Part shown: positions 35,654-49,478 of the stretch, one piece after another
How positions within the stretch are numbered: position 1 is the first letter of the stretch
Layout: each line of letters opens with the position of its first letter
Source: Neophaeotheca triangularis
Taxonomy: Eukaryota
Direction: 5' to 3'
Assembly (NCBI GenBank): GCA_054600435.1
Contig: BAAIJX010000049.1
Coordinates: forward strand, 1 to 64,000
DNA length: 64,000 nucleotides
The notes under the pieces: generated by a model
The model's input: the letters and a program-made list of their open reading frames with translations, nothing else
Told to the model about the DNA's origin: nothing
The model's database searches: none
Translations under genes and position numbers: made by a program

Positions 35654-38600
35654 TTTGGTGGGATGCAGCGAGTTGTCTGCAGGTCGCTGATGTTAATGCG
35701 CTCTCCTGGAGTTTTGGAGTTGGACCGTTGGGCAGGAATTCCCCACCAATAGGTCCAAGCAGAATCGGGCTGGAGGCTTCGTAGGGTGAGGCTGTGTCCG
35801 CCCTGTTGCTGGTCGATGCTGTTGTCTTGATCGAGGTTGGCCACGCGTAGCGACGGCGACACGAGTTGGGTGTACGAATACTGCGGTGTATCCAAGCGAA
35901 TGACAACGAAGCGTAACAATATCAAGCCGGTGCGCCCATTGCACCAAGATGCTGAAGCTCTAGACTTTTCCGGTATGCAAGTGGTCCGCGCAGCTGTTTC
36001 CCGAGAGCCGTAGTGTCCTGACAAGTGCAGTATTTGTGGTCTGTCTTGCGCAGAAGACTAGAGCTCGACGGTGAGTAGTTGTTGGACTGTCTGATTGTAA
36101 ACGACGACAGGGACCATTCGGAGCTGGAAAGATGGCCGTTGAGGATACTTCCGGGGAGCTGGTGGCCAGGTGCTTGGATTTTAGTGCGAGGCGGAGGGGT
36201 CAACGATCGTCGACCAGCTTTCGGAAGCAGAGGAACCAAAAAAAGCGCCGCCGGAGCAGTGGAGGATGCTTGAAGCAGCAGTTCCGCTGTAACACCCTGG
36301 CACCGAGCAGGAAGAAGTCGGGTGAATTGCTGATGATCTGACAGTTTGCCTGAGAAGGGGCCGGTCTTGTTCCCCGATGAGAGGATACGCTTGGGCCGAG
36401 GGTGCTATATTGTTCCCACGTGCTTGCACATGGAAGTATATTAAAAGTGTAGAGCCTGCTCTCGGCAATTGATGTATGCCCGACTTCGGGTCTATCGTTA
36501 CTGATATGGGTTTGAGGTACTGCCTATCAAGGGGACGAGTCTGAGCTGTGTGTGTGGTCAGATAAAGACGTACGGATGTTGAAGAAGTGGGCGATGGAGA
36601 AAATGCAACTGGGAAGGATGGATGCGAAATCGTTTTGGTGCCGGGTGGGCAGCGTGCTCGATGGCTGATGCCGAGCTCAGCAAGGTTAGGTTACATGGCT
36701 ATCTGCATGAAAACAGTCCTGAAATGTGTGGGCCACAGACGCTGCTGTTGTACAGTGGATGCGTTGTTGTGCTGCGGCAGCGTACCCATTGGCTAGATGG
36801 GAAGTCAACTGTGTGCCCTCCACGAGCCGTTTCTCGAGTTAAAGTCCAGCAACGAGTTTGCATTTGCACATTGGTCGGATTGTTGGTGGGAGTTCGTCAC
36901 AGTGTTTTACTTCCCCACTCGCCCACTGAACACCCCGATGTCACTGGCTGCAGGCTGCCACCAACGGTCAAAGAGCCTGCTGGCAGGACGAGACGCATGC
37001 ATCCGAGCACGATAGATCACAAGCTCGCAGCCGCGCCATATCTTTTACAGCGTCGGTGGTCGGTAATGCTTGACATGGCATCACCCACGATAGATCGCCG
37101 CACAGAGACGCTTCCAACCCATTGAGGCAGATGGTACATAGTCTGTGGACCGATGGGGTGCGCGACGCTAGTCATGCTGGCACCGGTGCTGGGGGGAAGT
37201 GCGGTAGTGCCGCTAGTCACGACGTCTGGCGGCTGCCGGTGAAGCGCTCACTGCAGGAAAGCTTCCCCGTGAGACCCACGCGTGTCACGGTGCGCACGAT
37301 GCATAGAAAAGCGCTAGATGGCTCACCCCCAGCGCTGTTGTTACTAGCCACATCTTCATTGAGACATGCTTTTTGACAGCACTATTCCTGCTCGTTTAGG
37401 TCGTCAACGAGCGGACACTCCCCTAGAGGGTTTTGGCGTCTAGCCGTGAAGCACAGAAGCCGCCCAAGCCCCAAACCAGAAGTGCCACCACAGTATGATT
37501 AGCAGTCTCTGTGAAAGATCTAACCTTTAGTCAAGGCAAAGGCCAATCAGAAGCAGTAGCCTGGACAAGTCGAAGCGAAACAACCCACTCGGACACCTGC
37601 TCGCCGCTCTCCTCCGCAAGCAACTCCAGATCCACCGGAACGCCTAGTGTCAGACATCTTGATCGAGATCCAACGTATAGCTTGCTGCATCGTATGGCAA
37701 GCCGAGATGTTATCATCAAGAAATGGACTCCGTCCCGTTGGAAAGAGCACTGGCTCTGGTTCGGTACCATAGGTGGTAAGACTGTCGTGTTTATTGACAC
37801 TGCGCGAGAAGCGGGCATCGTTGCAGCAATAGTGCCACATGAACACGTGGACTTCGCAGTTTGTGATTGATCGCGCATCGGTAACAAAGTCCTTGACCGG
37901 TCCGAACGAAAGGAACCGACTCGGCTATCGAAATAGATACTAGATGCCCTTGGATCGGTGCCACAGGTAGTAAGTGAACTGCGAGTTGATGCTCTAGTCG
38001 CGACTGTTGGTTGGAAAGCTCTGTCGGAACACGCTGTGGTGGGACTCGGACCTTCTAAAAGCAACGTAGGAGAGTTGTCGGCTTGCGATATAATCTACCA
38101 GCCTATCGATTTAGTACAGCTCACACGGATGCAGCTGGGAGCTGATGGGATGTAGCCACACGTACGTCTGCTCTCGTATACATACCCTGCTCTCTTGGCG
38201 ATTGCGCTTCTACTCCGAGAAACGCTTCGGGTGTAGAGTTGTGACGGCTCTCGACGCCTCTCAGGCCACGAGTGCATCCCTTTAATGCCTCGTAATAATT
38301 GAGGCCGAGGACCACAAGGATCTCCATTACTCTTTCACGTCATATTCTGCACGGCACCCAATTCTGCTCAAATCGCATGCTTTGGAGCGCCGACGTTGAA
38401 CAGCGCACGGGGGGGGCGTACCTAATGCAAGAAGATCGAGCAACTTAGCATATTGTGGGCAATGCCTCCTTGTTTCTGACCCAATGGTTGCATCAATTGC
38501 CGTGAAATCTTCGTTCGAGGGAAACGCCGAGTTTACGTCCACTGGCGATGTATGTATACATACGCATTATCCGTTAATAATCGGACGAAGATGCAGGGCC

Positions 38601-38853
38601 ATTTCCACCAAAAATGCCGGGAGATTATACAGTTGCCATACCAAGAGCCCCAAAGCGCCTCTGAGGTCGCCGCCTCGCCCAGATGATGTTCACGGCCCCA
38701 TGATACAATCAAACACCGTGCAATGCCGCACATGTACGCCTAAAGCATCCCTGCGGCACACATCCGTCTCCTGACGACACCCAGCGACCCTTAATTGTGT
38801 GTATACGCCATGTAAAAGCCACCGTGCAAACAGGATCATGTCCTCCTTCCTAA

Positions 38854-39252
38854 TTACTCCCCCTGCAAGGCAGGCGAGCTGACTCGAGATCGGGATCCAG
38901 CCTTCCGCCGCCTCTGCCTCTTAAGCTCCATTTCTGCCTCCATTAGCCGTGTCTGAACCGCCAGCCTCGTTTTGGCATCCCTCTTCACGCTCTCGGAATT
39001 GAGCAAGTCTGTCAAGCTTGACTTGATTTCGTGGTTGGCTTCCGGGGAGTCGACTTCCTCTACCGGCGATTGGACGTCTGCGACGGCGTCTTCGGGTATG
39101 GGCGTTATGGGTGAAGAGCGATGCTGATACGATATGGATCGGAAGTAGGACGGTAACGGATGGGCAAAGACGAAGCTTGGTCGGTAAGTCGATTGATCGC
39201 TTTGGCTTCTTGCGATGGGTGATGAACCTGTTGCACAAGGTTCAGAAGCCAT
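38854..39252 (-). CDS. Small hypothetical protein, probably conserved in Pezizomycotina
   Basis: C-terminal helical motif IKSSLTDLLNSESVKRDAKTRLAVQTRLMEAEMELKRQRRRK resembles, from memory, a fungal hypothetical family. Start codon uncertain. Confidence 0.6.
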   Translation of the reverse strand: MASEPCATGSSPIARSQSDQSTYRPSFVFAHPLPSYFRSISYQHRSSPITPIPEDAVADVQSPVEEVDSPEANHEIKSSLTDLLNSESVKRDAKTRLAVQTRLMEAEMELKRQRRRKAGSRSRVSSPALQGE

Positions 39253-40506
39253 CTTTTCGAGGATGCTGTTGTCTGCTATCGTTGTCGTAGCTGCTGTCCT
39301 ATCTCCTGAGGTAGGTTAAGGTTGTACTTGAACCAAGATGACAAGCGACGTCGCTGATGAGACCCGGTCGGCTGGTTACAGTTGAAGAAGATCTGTCTTG
39401 CTGTGAAGAAACCGTTAGAGGTGCCATAACTTTCTATATTTCTCATCAACTTCGGTACGCCATTGGTAAGAGTAAGTATTGACAATAGTGGTAAACTATG
39501 TATAGCCAGCTGCAATGCCGGACGGGACGTGGACGGAGCGTCGCGCAAGGGCCCTTCGAGGGTGGATCCATCATGGGACTCGCTGAACTCGCCTTTCCCG
39601 ATGGTGATCGGCGAACCTTTTTGCTATTAAGCAGTTGACGTCGACGTCCATCGATGTTCAACAGTTTGAGTGAGCATTCTGCGTATTTGAAGGTATGCGA
39701 TTGATTATCGATGAGTTTGGAGTGATTTTGTCATTCCTGGAGGGTTATCGAATCGTCGGATTCGGCTTGATTTTTCGGGTCCCAGAACGGGTGGCTTTCA
39801 TCAATAGTTGGCACGTTGGTTTCCGAGGTCTGCGACACTAAACCTTCAGCGCAAAAGAGGAAATCTACTTGTACTTTCAAGGAACGTTGCCGTGTTCTGA
39901 AACTGGAATTCATTAGATGGGCTCACGGTGTCGACGGCGGCCGCAAGTTGTACTTGGCTGTTACCTGGTAGTTAATGTCTACCTTCGAAGATACTGTGGG
40001 CGATGAATCGTGCGAAGTCGTTTTAAGCGTTACTTACACGGCGATTTCAAGCTGGACTTGACTTGTCGTGATTTCGACACTTCCGGAAGCAGCTTTGCAG
40101 AAATACCTCTGATCATCTTTTAGGATTTACACAAGAGCATGAAGCCGAACAGTGTGTAATGAAGTGGCGTGACGTCGGATCGTCTCCAGTTCTTCAAGCC
40201 AGTTGTCCATCATGCCCATCATTAGGAGATTTTCGATCGCGCGAACTTCGCCGATGAGACCTTGGTCCTTCCTTCCTGCCAAAATAGGCCACCCGAGGCC
40301 TTCTGTCACGCGCTGTCACGCTGAGCTGTCTGCCACCGAGAAAATTAGCCATGTGGTCAGTCTGCCGGGATACAGAAAATCAGGTCCGCACCGAAAACGA
40401 CCCGATGTCCATTCAGCATTGATTGCATTTGTGCGCAATTTGCATCCTGCCAACTACAGGCGCTCATTTTGGTCTAGTCGTCTTGCACATTCCAGCGACA
40501 ACAATC

Positions 40507-41232
40507 TCAGCCTTCTAGAGCAGCCTCAGCGATCCTCAACATCTCCTCGTCTTTTCGGAAACTTGCCAGAGTCTTGCGACCTTCCCAATATCCCTTGCCA
40601 TAGCTCACCAAGATCTCCTGGCCGGCCTTTACGCCAGCTTTGCGCTTGCCAGCCTTGCCAGCAGACAATACAAAGATTCCCACTCTGCGCTCCCACTTGC
40701 GCCCACCTGCACGCTTGTCGCTGGGCACTTGGATCAAGCAATCTCTGAATTCTGCATTTGGCCTCTCGGCGATGCCTCTGTAGTCGTTGCAGAAACGGGC
40801 TTCATTGGAAGCCTTTGCCGCGTCAACGCTGAGGCCCAAATCCCTATCGAGGCTCAAGTCGTAATCGCTGTGGGGATCCGTGTCTGACATGGAATTCGTG
40901 TGGACAAGCCCCAGATAGAGGCAGATGAACTTGTCGGGGGGGAGGTTCGTCGCAGCGAATAGTCCTCGTTGGCCGTGAGCCGGGTGCTTCGCGTCGTCTA
41001 TTGTAGTAATGGCCACGGTTGGTGCGGGCGAGATGATCTCTTCTTTCGGCACCTTTTCCCATGTCTCGCCTTCACGCAATGGTCGGCTGAGATCTGCACG
41101 CTGGTCGAGGGTGACTTTCTCGGAGAAGGTGATGTCCGTGAGCCATTGCACGTCTTCTGGCCAGCTTATTGGTTGTGGGGAGGCATCTTCGGAGTTTGAT
41201 GGTTCAGGTGCCAGAGTTGCTGCGGTAGTCAT
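40507..41232 (-). CDS. Small SET-domain protein (putative lysine methyltransferase)
   Basis: Motifs HPAHGQRGLFA, ICLYLG, DAAKASNEARFCNDYRG, GQEILVSYGKGYW. Confidence 0.88.
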   Translation of the reverse strand: MTTAATLAPEPSNSEDASPQPISWPEDVQWLTDITFSEKVTLDQRADLSRPLREGETWEKVPKEEIISPAPTVAITTIDDAKHPAHGQRGLFAATNLPPDKFICLYLGLVHTNSMSDTDPHSDYDLSLDRDLGLSVDAAKASNEARFCNDYRGIAERPNAEFRDCLIQVPSDKRAGGRKWERRVGIFVLSAGKAGKRKAGVKAGQEILVSYGKGYWEGRKTLASFRKDEEMLRIAEAALEG

Positions 41233-41248
41233 TACAGTTACAGAACGC

Positions 41249-41249
<1 letters not shown>

Positions 41250-41299
<50 letters not shown>
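41250..41299. repeat. (GT)n microsatellite, about 25 units, just upstream of the SET gene
   Basis: Directly visible. Confidence 0.95.
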
Positions 41300-41300
<1 letters not shown>

Positions 41301-43271
41301 TTTATTTTTTCCTTCTCAAAACCTGTTGTCTATTTCTAGATCGTACAACGAAATTGTGTGATTTAGTCCTGCGGATTCTTGACGATTGTTGGGGGGCTTT
41401 TTTTTCCTCAGAGGGGGTGGTTCCAAAGCGGGGCTTGTCCACAATGGGAAGCAATTGGTGCGCTGCCACAACACTCAATATTGAGGATATGTACTTGCCT
41501 GTGTACAAATGCTTCGTTGCAGCACCGCCCACGCGCTTCAAGACTAGGTACACTGATTGTTTGCGGGATGTAGAGCGCCCATGTTCGACGCCCCGTACGA
41601 GCAGAAACATCGACGAGCCTGACCGCAACCGGCTTCATACGATACAATAGTTTGGCGCCTTGCGGACGTTCTCACCCATGCGTCTGCCACGCGTGTCGAA
41701 AATTCTAAACAAGCTCAAGATTGGCTTGCGAAGGTTTTCAGAAGACAGAATGCAGTGTCTCAATCACGGCTTCCTCCAAAATGAGGTTTCCACACGTTCG
41801 CTTCTGGGCGGCTTGCAAAAGGCGAAGAAAGACTGTTCTCGTGCGACGAAATACAGAAGGACCAAGATATGTCGACCTACTGAAGTCGTTGCTATGAGAG
41901 CCTATGAGACCATAATGCTGATCATACAGACCGTTGCTTGCCGCATGCTGCACAAACAGGTTTATCCTGCCTCGCAGACACGCATGACGGTTTGTCTCTT
42001 TTAAGAGGCGACCATTTGCACTTCTACCTTGCCCGGTCTGAGCATGCTCGGCTAGACTGTCACACAAATCGCTGTACTGTCTTTCTTGGAGCTGTCCTTT
42101 GGGAAACAGTCACACAGGTAGTTACAGAAAGAGTCAACAAACAAAAGGGAAAATCGAGGTTTAGCATGCCATCACCCCTTGCATGAGCGCTGGGCCAACC
42201 GCAATACACCGTTACAGCCCTGCTGAGTGCTAACCGCCCGGCCGCCACCAATTTCGGTAAGATCGCTAAGTCTGACGACGCCCACTGCACGGCCTGTTCA
42301 AACGGTAAGTATTGGCGATGTCCACGGCTGAAGAGTTAGTGCTATCTTGGGTGGCATGTGAGCGTCAACAAATGATGGCTTAGCTGTTGGTCAGCACATT
42401 GACTTGATGAAGTGGCGTGCTGCGGCGGGAAAAGCGAGATGAAGGCGGCTTTCGTAGTCGTACACACAGCATGCCTAACACCCATCTTCGATGGTCACTA
42501 ACTACGTACGCCGTGCCGCCGTGGCAGACATGGTTTTTGCCAACAAGCGGAAGCTGCAGTGCTGCGGCACGCATTTGGTTGGCCGAACCTGTCATCTCCA
42601 AGTCGAAATGGAACGAAGGCAAGGCTTGGACTGGCATCTTCGCCTGTACTTATGTACTTGTATGCGGCCTCGCTTGCCCACCGATACTGGGCGAGTGGAT
42701 GTTTCTCGGCCAACAGATATTGCTTTTATCAGCAAACGTCGTGGATTGATTGACGACACAGAAAATCACAAGGCCATCGGCGGTGTACCACTCAAGAAAG
42801 TCTGCGTTAAGAGACTTGGTGTCTTGGGACAGACAGAAGATCGCAAGGCGACACGCTTGACCAAGTCGGAGAACAGCACACATCCCTGATTTATTGACCT
42901 ATTATTGTTGTTGTGTCGAAAGAACTGGAGTGCAGAGCCGGCTGACCTTGGCGAGCATGCAAGCCCCCTCAACGCACTACTGTAAGGTACCGTCAGGGGC
43001 AGAGATTAATGATTGGAGGACATTGTGGGAGTGGCCGTGCCAGCCCTGACACTCCATGCTTCCAGACACCCGCCCATGGCGCACAAGTAGGCTGTGTGCA
43101 TGTTTAAGAGCGAAGGGCGCCTTTGGTTTGTTTCCATTCCTCTCCTCTTCTTCTCTCCACGCACAGCATCTTCGTTCAGCAGACAATACAACAGTCGCTA
43201 CATTCTACTCCAACGCCGAACGACCTATACCATCTTTAATACCAACCAAACCCAAAAAACCAACCATCAAG

Positions 43272-43965
43272 ATGCGTTTCACTGCTGCTGCCGCCGCTGC
43301 TGGCTTCGCCGCCACTGCCACTGCCTCCGTCATGGCCCACGAGCACCACGACAACTCTACTGCTCCCGTCTACGTGACTGACGTTGTCACCGCCTACACC
43401 ACCTACTGCCCGGAGCCCACCGAGATCACCGAGGGCGGTGTTACCTACACCGCCACTGAGGCGACCACTCTGACCATCACCGACTGCCCCGGCGGCTGCA
43501 CCGTCACCAGGCCTGCGTACGTCTCAGTCATGAATCTCCAGCTTGTTCGAACACCGGTACTGACTTTCTTTCAGTGAGGAGCACGAATCCACCGTTGCCC
43601 CCGTCCCGGTCGAGCCCACTCCCGAGCCCGAGCACGAGGAGCCCATGAGCTACTCCCTCCCCATTGAGGAGCCCACCGCTCCCGTCGAGACCTACGAGCC
43701 CATTCCCGAGGAGACCGCCCCTGTCGCTCCTGAGGAGCCTGCCCCCGAGGAGCCCGCCGAGCCTGTCCCTGAGGAGACCGAGGCTGCCCCTGTCTACCCC
43801 GTCCCCACTGGCGGAAACGACACAGCCCCTGTCATGCCCACCGGCACCGCTGCCCCCACTGCCGCCCCTACTGGCTCCGAGGCCCCTGTCTTCGACGGCG
43901 CCGCCTCCAAGGCCTCTGTCGGCATGGGCTTCCTCGGCATGATCGCCTACGCCTTCGCTTTGTAA
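43272..43965 (+). CDS. GPI-anchored cell-wall protein (ccg-6/Sed1/Mmc-like); intron 43517-43574
   Basis: Signal peptide MRFTAAAAAAGFAATATA, motif VTDVVTAYTTYCPEPTEIT...TLTITDCPGGCTV, Pro/Glu-rich stalk, GPI signal FDGAASKASVGMGFLGMIAYAFAL. Confidence 0.9.
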
Positions 43966-46346
43966 ACGCTGTCTCACAACGTTTCCCAGCGATGAGCATT
44001 TGCAAAGTTTAACGGCGTCAGCACTGTACCAACGGCCTTGCTTGTACAACCTCATTGGACAGCGGGAGGGCGAGCGAACGCATATTCTCGATGTACCGAA
44101 AATCTCCTCTGCTTCTTACGCGTAATACCTCTTCGTGGATACTTAATGCAGGGCAGCCGAGATCCGGCGACGCTTGACCCCTTTCCATCATGGACAGCAA
44201 AGTCAACGACACTTTTTGCGCGGGCGTGTTTTTCGTTTGCTCGGCTCCTGACAAGTTTTAATCACCGGTTTCACATGTCACTGGTCGCAGGATGTCTGTA
44301 CGTAGTTTATTTAACGCTACGACGGCGGAATGTATACATGCGTGCCGCCTGGAGGCAAACGATTTTTGGCCCGGCACTACCTTCTACCTTAGTCCTCTTC
44401 CTCTTTGAATCTCGTAAATTGGTGTTGCCCTCACGCTCTTTTGATCGAGGCTCACTGCGGCGTTCATCAAATTGTCGTCGAGCCCCACCATGCGAACTCT
44501 CTCAAGCCTCATGCAAGCCCCGGTTTCACAGCATGCATCTGAACCACGGCTTTCTGTGCGCCGACCGCGTCTACTGTTTCAAAAGCGCAAGGGCGTCTCT
44601 TAACTCATCCACTGGTCCGAGACAGACAAGTCTGGAAAATGCCGTCGGCTGTCAAGTCGCTGTGGCACGACGTCTGCGCCAGTCTTCGGCACCCAGTAAA
44701 TTGACCAAGGTCATTGTGCTTACTATTAGTTAAGGAAGGTTCACTAATCAATCTTGTGGCAATTCGTCCCGAGGGTCAGGGTTTGAGTGCTCATGTTGTA
44801 CTCAAACTCGCACCCTAAGTCGAACATCTACCTTCGTAGACATTGCCGGCAGACAGGAAAACAGGAGGAGCGGCTTGTTATCTGTCTGCCTTGACAAGAG
44901 CGCGCACAAAAGACAGACAGACAGACAGCCAAACAAATGTTTATGGTCCATTATTTCTTATCGAAGCGATTGACTTCCGTTGACGGTAATCGGAAAAGCA
45001 CATCTCTTGAACTAACGAGCATGACTTCTGCACGGTTCTCGAGGCATGTATTAGTCTTTTACGAAAAGTGCAATCGGAGAGGTATTGCAAAATCATGATG
45101 TGCTCGTACATTCACGGATAAGTAGCTTCACTTTCAAGAGAATCTTCGCCCTGCGGGAACCAAGACGAGCAGCTACCTTTAACCTGGTCATTCGAAACCG
45201 CGAGACGTGACAGAGCGACATCCGTGGATGGAAGCGACGACGTCTCGTGATGACGAGCAGCCATGGGACGACGGAGACTAGGTAGTGGAGGTAAACAATC
45301 CTCACACTGCGAGCCTACGAACCACGCTGCAAACTGGAAAGAAACATGCTCAGCTGCTTCGAAGAGCTCTCTAGGCAGAACTCGAGAGCTTGTCTGCTCG
45401 CCTTTAGGTATTGCGTTGCCTTCTACATTGATACGTGGTGCATCCCAGTGAATCAGACATCTGGCTCTCAATATGGTCGACCACGCACCTCAAGCCACAG
45501 AGTCCGTGTCAATAATGTGAACAGCCTTCCAAGGTCGCTACTGGCCTCGTTGCGGCGAGATCATCAATCACCGTTCGAGTCAGGGCGTAGGGATTCTGAG
45601 ATCATTTGTCGGATGTGGATACCTCGTAAGTGTGCGCCGTGTGGACATCTATTTGCAGCGTGGCGGTAATCGGAACCAGTCCAAAACCACCCAGGTCTTG
45701 TGGTAACGTTTGACGATCAATTAAGGAATGGGATCCGCAAGATGGCTTGCGCTTGATTGCGCGGACATGAAGAGCACAGTCGGTATTCCACTCTGAGAGA
45801 GTCTCCTTGTTGTGCGCAGGATCGGCCACGGCTCGATGAGAGAACCCTTAGGCTCATGCCATGGTTCTGAGCACCTTCGCGGCCCAGTCCGAAGGACTTC
45901 TTGGTCAATTTTATGATCGCCAGCTTAGCACCACGTCCGCGACCAAATCCAAATGGAACTCCTGTATGTGGAAAGAGTATATTCCACAAGACTTTGAGAA
46001 CGAAGGTTAAATGCGGCGCGGGTCACTTCGCGGAATCGTCGGGGTCGCGGGGTTGCAGGGTTGCATGAGGATCGTCGCTTGTTAGTTATCGAGCGCACGG
46101 CGTAGACCTTACGCAAACTCTGACCAGTATGGTGGAGCCTACCATCGTGGCGGAGGTCTAAAACACATTGCTCGAGGCGCTGGGGCAGCTGCTCGTGCGA
46201 GAAGGAGAATGTCGATCGCAAGGCGCGGCGTGCCTGGGAAAAGAAGTCTTGATCGAGTGCTAGGAACGGGCGTTGTGAGTCGTAGCAATGCACTGGACTG
46301 TCCTCCTAGCCATGCGAGAGTAGCCGCGGAGCTGGAAAACTGTTAT

Positions 46347-47381
46347 TTAGCGTCGCATGTAATCTCTCACATCCCAAACCAGCACCCTCTCATCCCAAGC
46401 GCATGTCGCGCACCACCCCTCGGCGCCGAAAAGGCACCAGTCGACTCCCATGGCGAACTCAGAATGTCTATCCATGCGTCCCATTTCACGACCAAGACCA
46501 GCTCCGCTACCACCTTTGTCGACCTCGCTGCCATCAGTCCAAACACGGCATGTCATGTCGTAGCTAGCACTCAGCAAGACGTCGGAAAGATGGGGCGACC
46601 AGCTAAGTTTGCGTACCGCGTATTCATGGCCCGGGAGGAAGTTTACAGGTCCTGAAGGCATTCGAAGGTCGAAGGTACGGATGATGCCATCGACACCCGC
46701 GGTCGCGAGAACAGAATCACGATACTTGTTCCAGTCGTGTGTCAGACATTCCGTCGGACCGGGAGAAGTCTGCGCCATGCCGGGGTGGGCCATTTTACTC
46801 GGCGCATGTATAGGAACGGCCAAGCTGAGATGATTGTTCGCACTCGGCGGACTCCTCAAATCCCAGACTCTCAAATGGCTATCCCTCGACACCGCCGTTA
46901 TGACATCTGGGTGATGTGGACTGAATTGAGCCGAGTAGACGCAGCTATGCACCGGCAAAGTAACGAGACTATCCTTCCTATCAGGGCTCCAAATCTTGAC
47001 CGTGCCGTCCCAACTACTACTCGCAAAGCGACTTTTATCCACCAGTCCCCAACTCACACTAAAGACCTCCCTCGCATGCTCCTGCCAACCGGCTACGGGG
47101 AACTCTCCCACGCCGATATCGAAGAGTTTAATACTTCCGTCTCCCCCGGCGGTCAGAAGTTGGTTCTCATGCGCCTCGCTCCAGGTGGTGTCGAAGAGGC
47201 AATCTTGGGTTTCGAAGAATTTTTCGCAAACGATACCGTTGGCGGTTAGGGCGAGGATGAAGAGACGGCCATTACCGACGAGGCCGAAGTTGGCGCCGGC
47301 GCTGCACGCAAGGCGTGAGTCGAAGAAGGGGCTGTATTTGACAGTGTAGGGGTTGAAACCCGCGGTGCGAAACTCGAGCAT
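46347..47381 (-). CDS. PEX7: Peroxin-7, PTS2 receptor (WD40)
   Basis: Motifs MLEFRTAGFNPYTVKYSPFFDSRLA...NFGLVGNGRL, WSEAHENQL, CLTHDWNKY, GHEYAVRKLSWSPH, SASYDMTCRVW. Confidence 0.95.
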   Translation of the reverse strand: MLEFRTAGFNPYTVKYSPFFDSRLACSAGANFGLVGNGRLFILALTANGIVCEKFFETQDCLFDTTWSEAHENQLLTAGGDGSIKLFDIGVGEFPVAGWQEHAREVFSVSWGLVDKSRFASSSWDGTVKIWSPDRKDSLVTLPVHSCVYSAQFSPHHPDVITAVSRDSHLRVWDLRSPPSANNHLSLAVPIHAPSKMAHPGMAQTSPGPTECLTHDWNKYRDSVLATAGVDGIIRTFDLRMPSGPVNFLPGHEYAVRKLSWSPHLSDVLLSASYDMTCRVWTDGSEVDKGGSGAGLGREMGRMDRHSEFAMGVDWCLFGAEGWCATCAWDERVLVWDVRDYMRR

Positions 47382-47505
47382 TTTGGCAACGGCGGGTTGG
47401 GGGGCGGCGGTGGTGGTGGTGTATCAGTAGTGGAGGGGGAGAAGCATGTTGTTGAGTGGTGAGTAAAGTAGGAGGTAGGTGGTAGTCGCGGACTCGAGAC
47501 AAACG

Positions 47506-47536
47506 CCGAGGCTATATAACTGATAAGCTGATAAGG
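47506..47536. promoter_or_regulatory. CCGAGG (FarA/FarB-type) motif and tandem GATAAG sites in the divergent PEX7/RFT1 promoter
   Basis: CCGAGG at 47506-47511 and TGATAAGCTGATAAGG at 47521-47536. The motifs are short and their function is inferred only. Confidence 0.35.
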
Positions 47537-47675
47537 TAAGGAAGAAGCTGCCCACCCAGGTGTTGACTTGACTTCACCTCTAGCACTGGAAGCACTGTAA
47601 CGTTGTCTTATTTATCGCGAGCCCAGCTATATCACCCCCCACCCCCCCAAAAAGGTGTTGATGAAAGCGAACGTC

Positions 47676-49478
47676 ATGGCAGACACGAAGCAGACCGCCA
47701 TGGCAGCCTCTGCGCGAGGGGCCAGTTTTCTCATCCTCATCCAGATCGCCTCTCGCGCTCTAACCTTTGCCTTGAACCAGCTCATTTTACGCTTTCTCTC
47801 GCCAACGCTCCTAGGCGCTTCGGTACAATTGGAGCTCTTCACGCAAAGTGTGCTCTACTTTTCGCGTGAGAGTCTACGCATAGCCTGCCAACGGCGCACC
47901 GACAGCGTCCAAGCGGCCATCAACCTGTCCTGGCTCGCCGTGGCTTCCGGCATCCCCATTTCTGTGGCTTTGGCAGAGACTTATCTTCGGAGCGGAAATC
48001 TACCGGATCTTGAATATGCGCGACCGGCGTTGAGAGTGGCACAATTGGCGACTTTGGTCGAATTGCTCAGCGAACCGGCGTTTGTTGCCTGTCAACAGGG
48101 AATGCTTTACAAGACTCGTGCTGCTGCTGAGGCTGCCGCTGTTGTGTTCAAGACTCTTGCCACTACTGGTGTAGTCTTTTGGTCCCGCTATCGTAGCGTT
48201 GAAGTTGGTGTTCTGCCTTTTGCCGTCGGCGAGCTGGCCTACTCTGCCTCGCTCACAGCAGTCTACCTCTGGCACGTCTCAGCTATATCTCGTAAAGACG
48301 GCTTTTCCCTACTGCCCCAAAAGATAACCTCGAGGTGCGTTAGCTCTCCAAGCACCCACAACAGTAAGTGGAACATCTCAATTAATACCCGTTTCCTGTA
48401 GCAAAACCACCGAATACATCGTCTCCCTTTTCTCCCGCCCCCTCCTCAGCCTAAGCCTCTCCCTCTACCTCCAAAACGGTATCAAATACATCCTCACCCA
48501 AGGCGACTCGCTTTTGATCGCCGCCCTAGCCAGCCTGGAAGATCAAGGAACCTACGCCCTCTCAGCCAACTACGGCGGCCTAATTGCCCGCATGCTTTTC
48601 CGGCCCGTCGAAGACAGCGCACGCAATCTCTTCGCGGACCTCTGCTCTAAACCCGCCGAGTCAACCCCGAACCCCCCTCCTGATAACGATCCCAAACCCG
48701 ACCTAAAACTCAACCTCCATCAAGCAGCGCAAACCCTGCAAACCCTCCTCCACGCCTCGACCCTCCTAGCACTCTTCGCCACATCCCTAGGACCGACGAC
48801 CGCACCCCTCCTCCTCGAACTAGTCGCCGGAAGCCGCTGGACCGCAACACCCGCCGCCCACGTTCTAGGCACCTACTGCTACTACATCCCTTTGCTAGCT
48901 CTGAATGGCGTCACCGAAGCCTTTGTCTCCGCAACCGCTTCAGGCGGCGATTTGAAAAGACAGAGTGTATGGATGGGAGTGTTTTTCGCTTTCTTCGCCA
49001 CGAGTGCGTGGGTTTTCATCAGGAAGCTGGGGTGGGGCGCTGAGGGGGTCGTGTGGGCGAATGTTTTGCACATGGTTTTGAGAGTGGGGTTTAATGTGAG
49101 GTTCGTTAGGGTCTGGTTCCAGGGGAAGGGGATGGTGAGTTTTTTCCAACTTAGTCTTCCCGAGTTATTTGGCGTGCGTTCGTTTCTGATTTGATTCTCC
49201 AGGAATTCGAGCTCGCGCCCATTTTGCCGAACCGCTACGCTGTCGCTATCGCGCTCGTAGTACCGGCTTTGCTCAAGCAGACGCAAGGCTTGCTAGGACA
49301 GTATGGGCTGCTTGGTGAGCTAGTGCGTGTGGGCTGCGTGGCAGTGGTATTTGCCGGCTTTGTGTAAGTCTTTTCTGTGTTCGATGCCGCAGACAGATGT
49401 GGCTGACGTTCGTTACATGACAGTGCCTTCACCGAGCGTCGCTTCCTGGTCGACACTTACCAGAGGTTCGCCACCTAG
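47676..49478 (+). CDS. RFT1: Man5GlcNAc2-PP-dolichol translocation protein Rft1; introns 48335-48401, 49135-49202, 49364-49423
   Basis: Motifs GASFLILIQIASRALTFALNQLILRFLSP, LYFSRESLRIA, KYILTQGD, QGTYALSANYGGLIARMLFRPVEDSAR, YIPLLALNGVTEAF. An alternative ATG lies at 47661. Confidence 0.93.

Noticed and set aside
35641..38800. ORFs upstream of RAS2, including a putative overlapping uORF and 37511-37870
   Set aside because: Mostly non-ATG starts, with no domain or codon-bias support. Probably regulatory or intergenic DNA.
44000..46300. Short protein-like frames between the GPI gene and PEX7
   Set aside because: No coherent gene model could be built. A degraded pseudogene cannot be excluded without homology searches.
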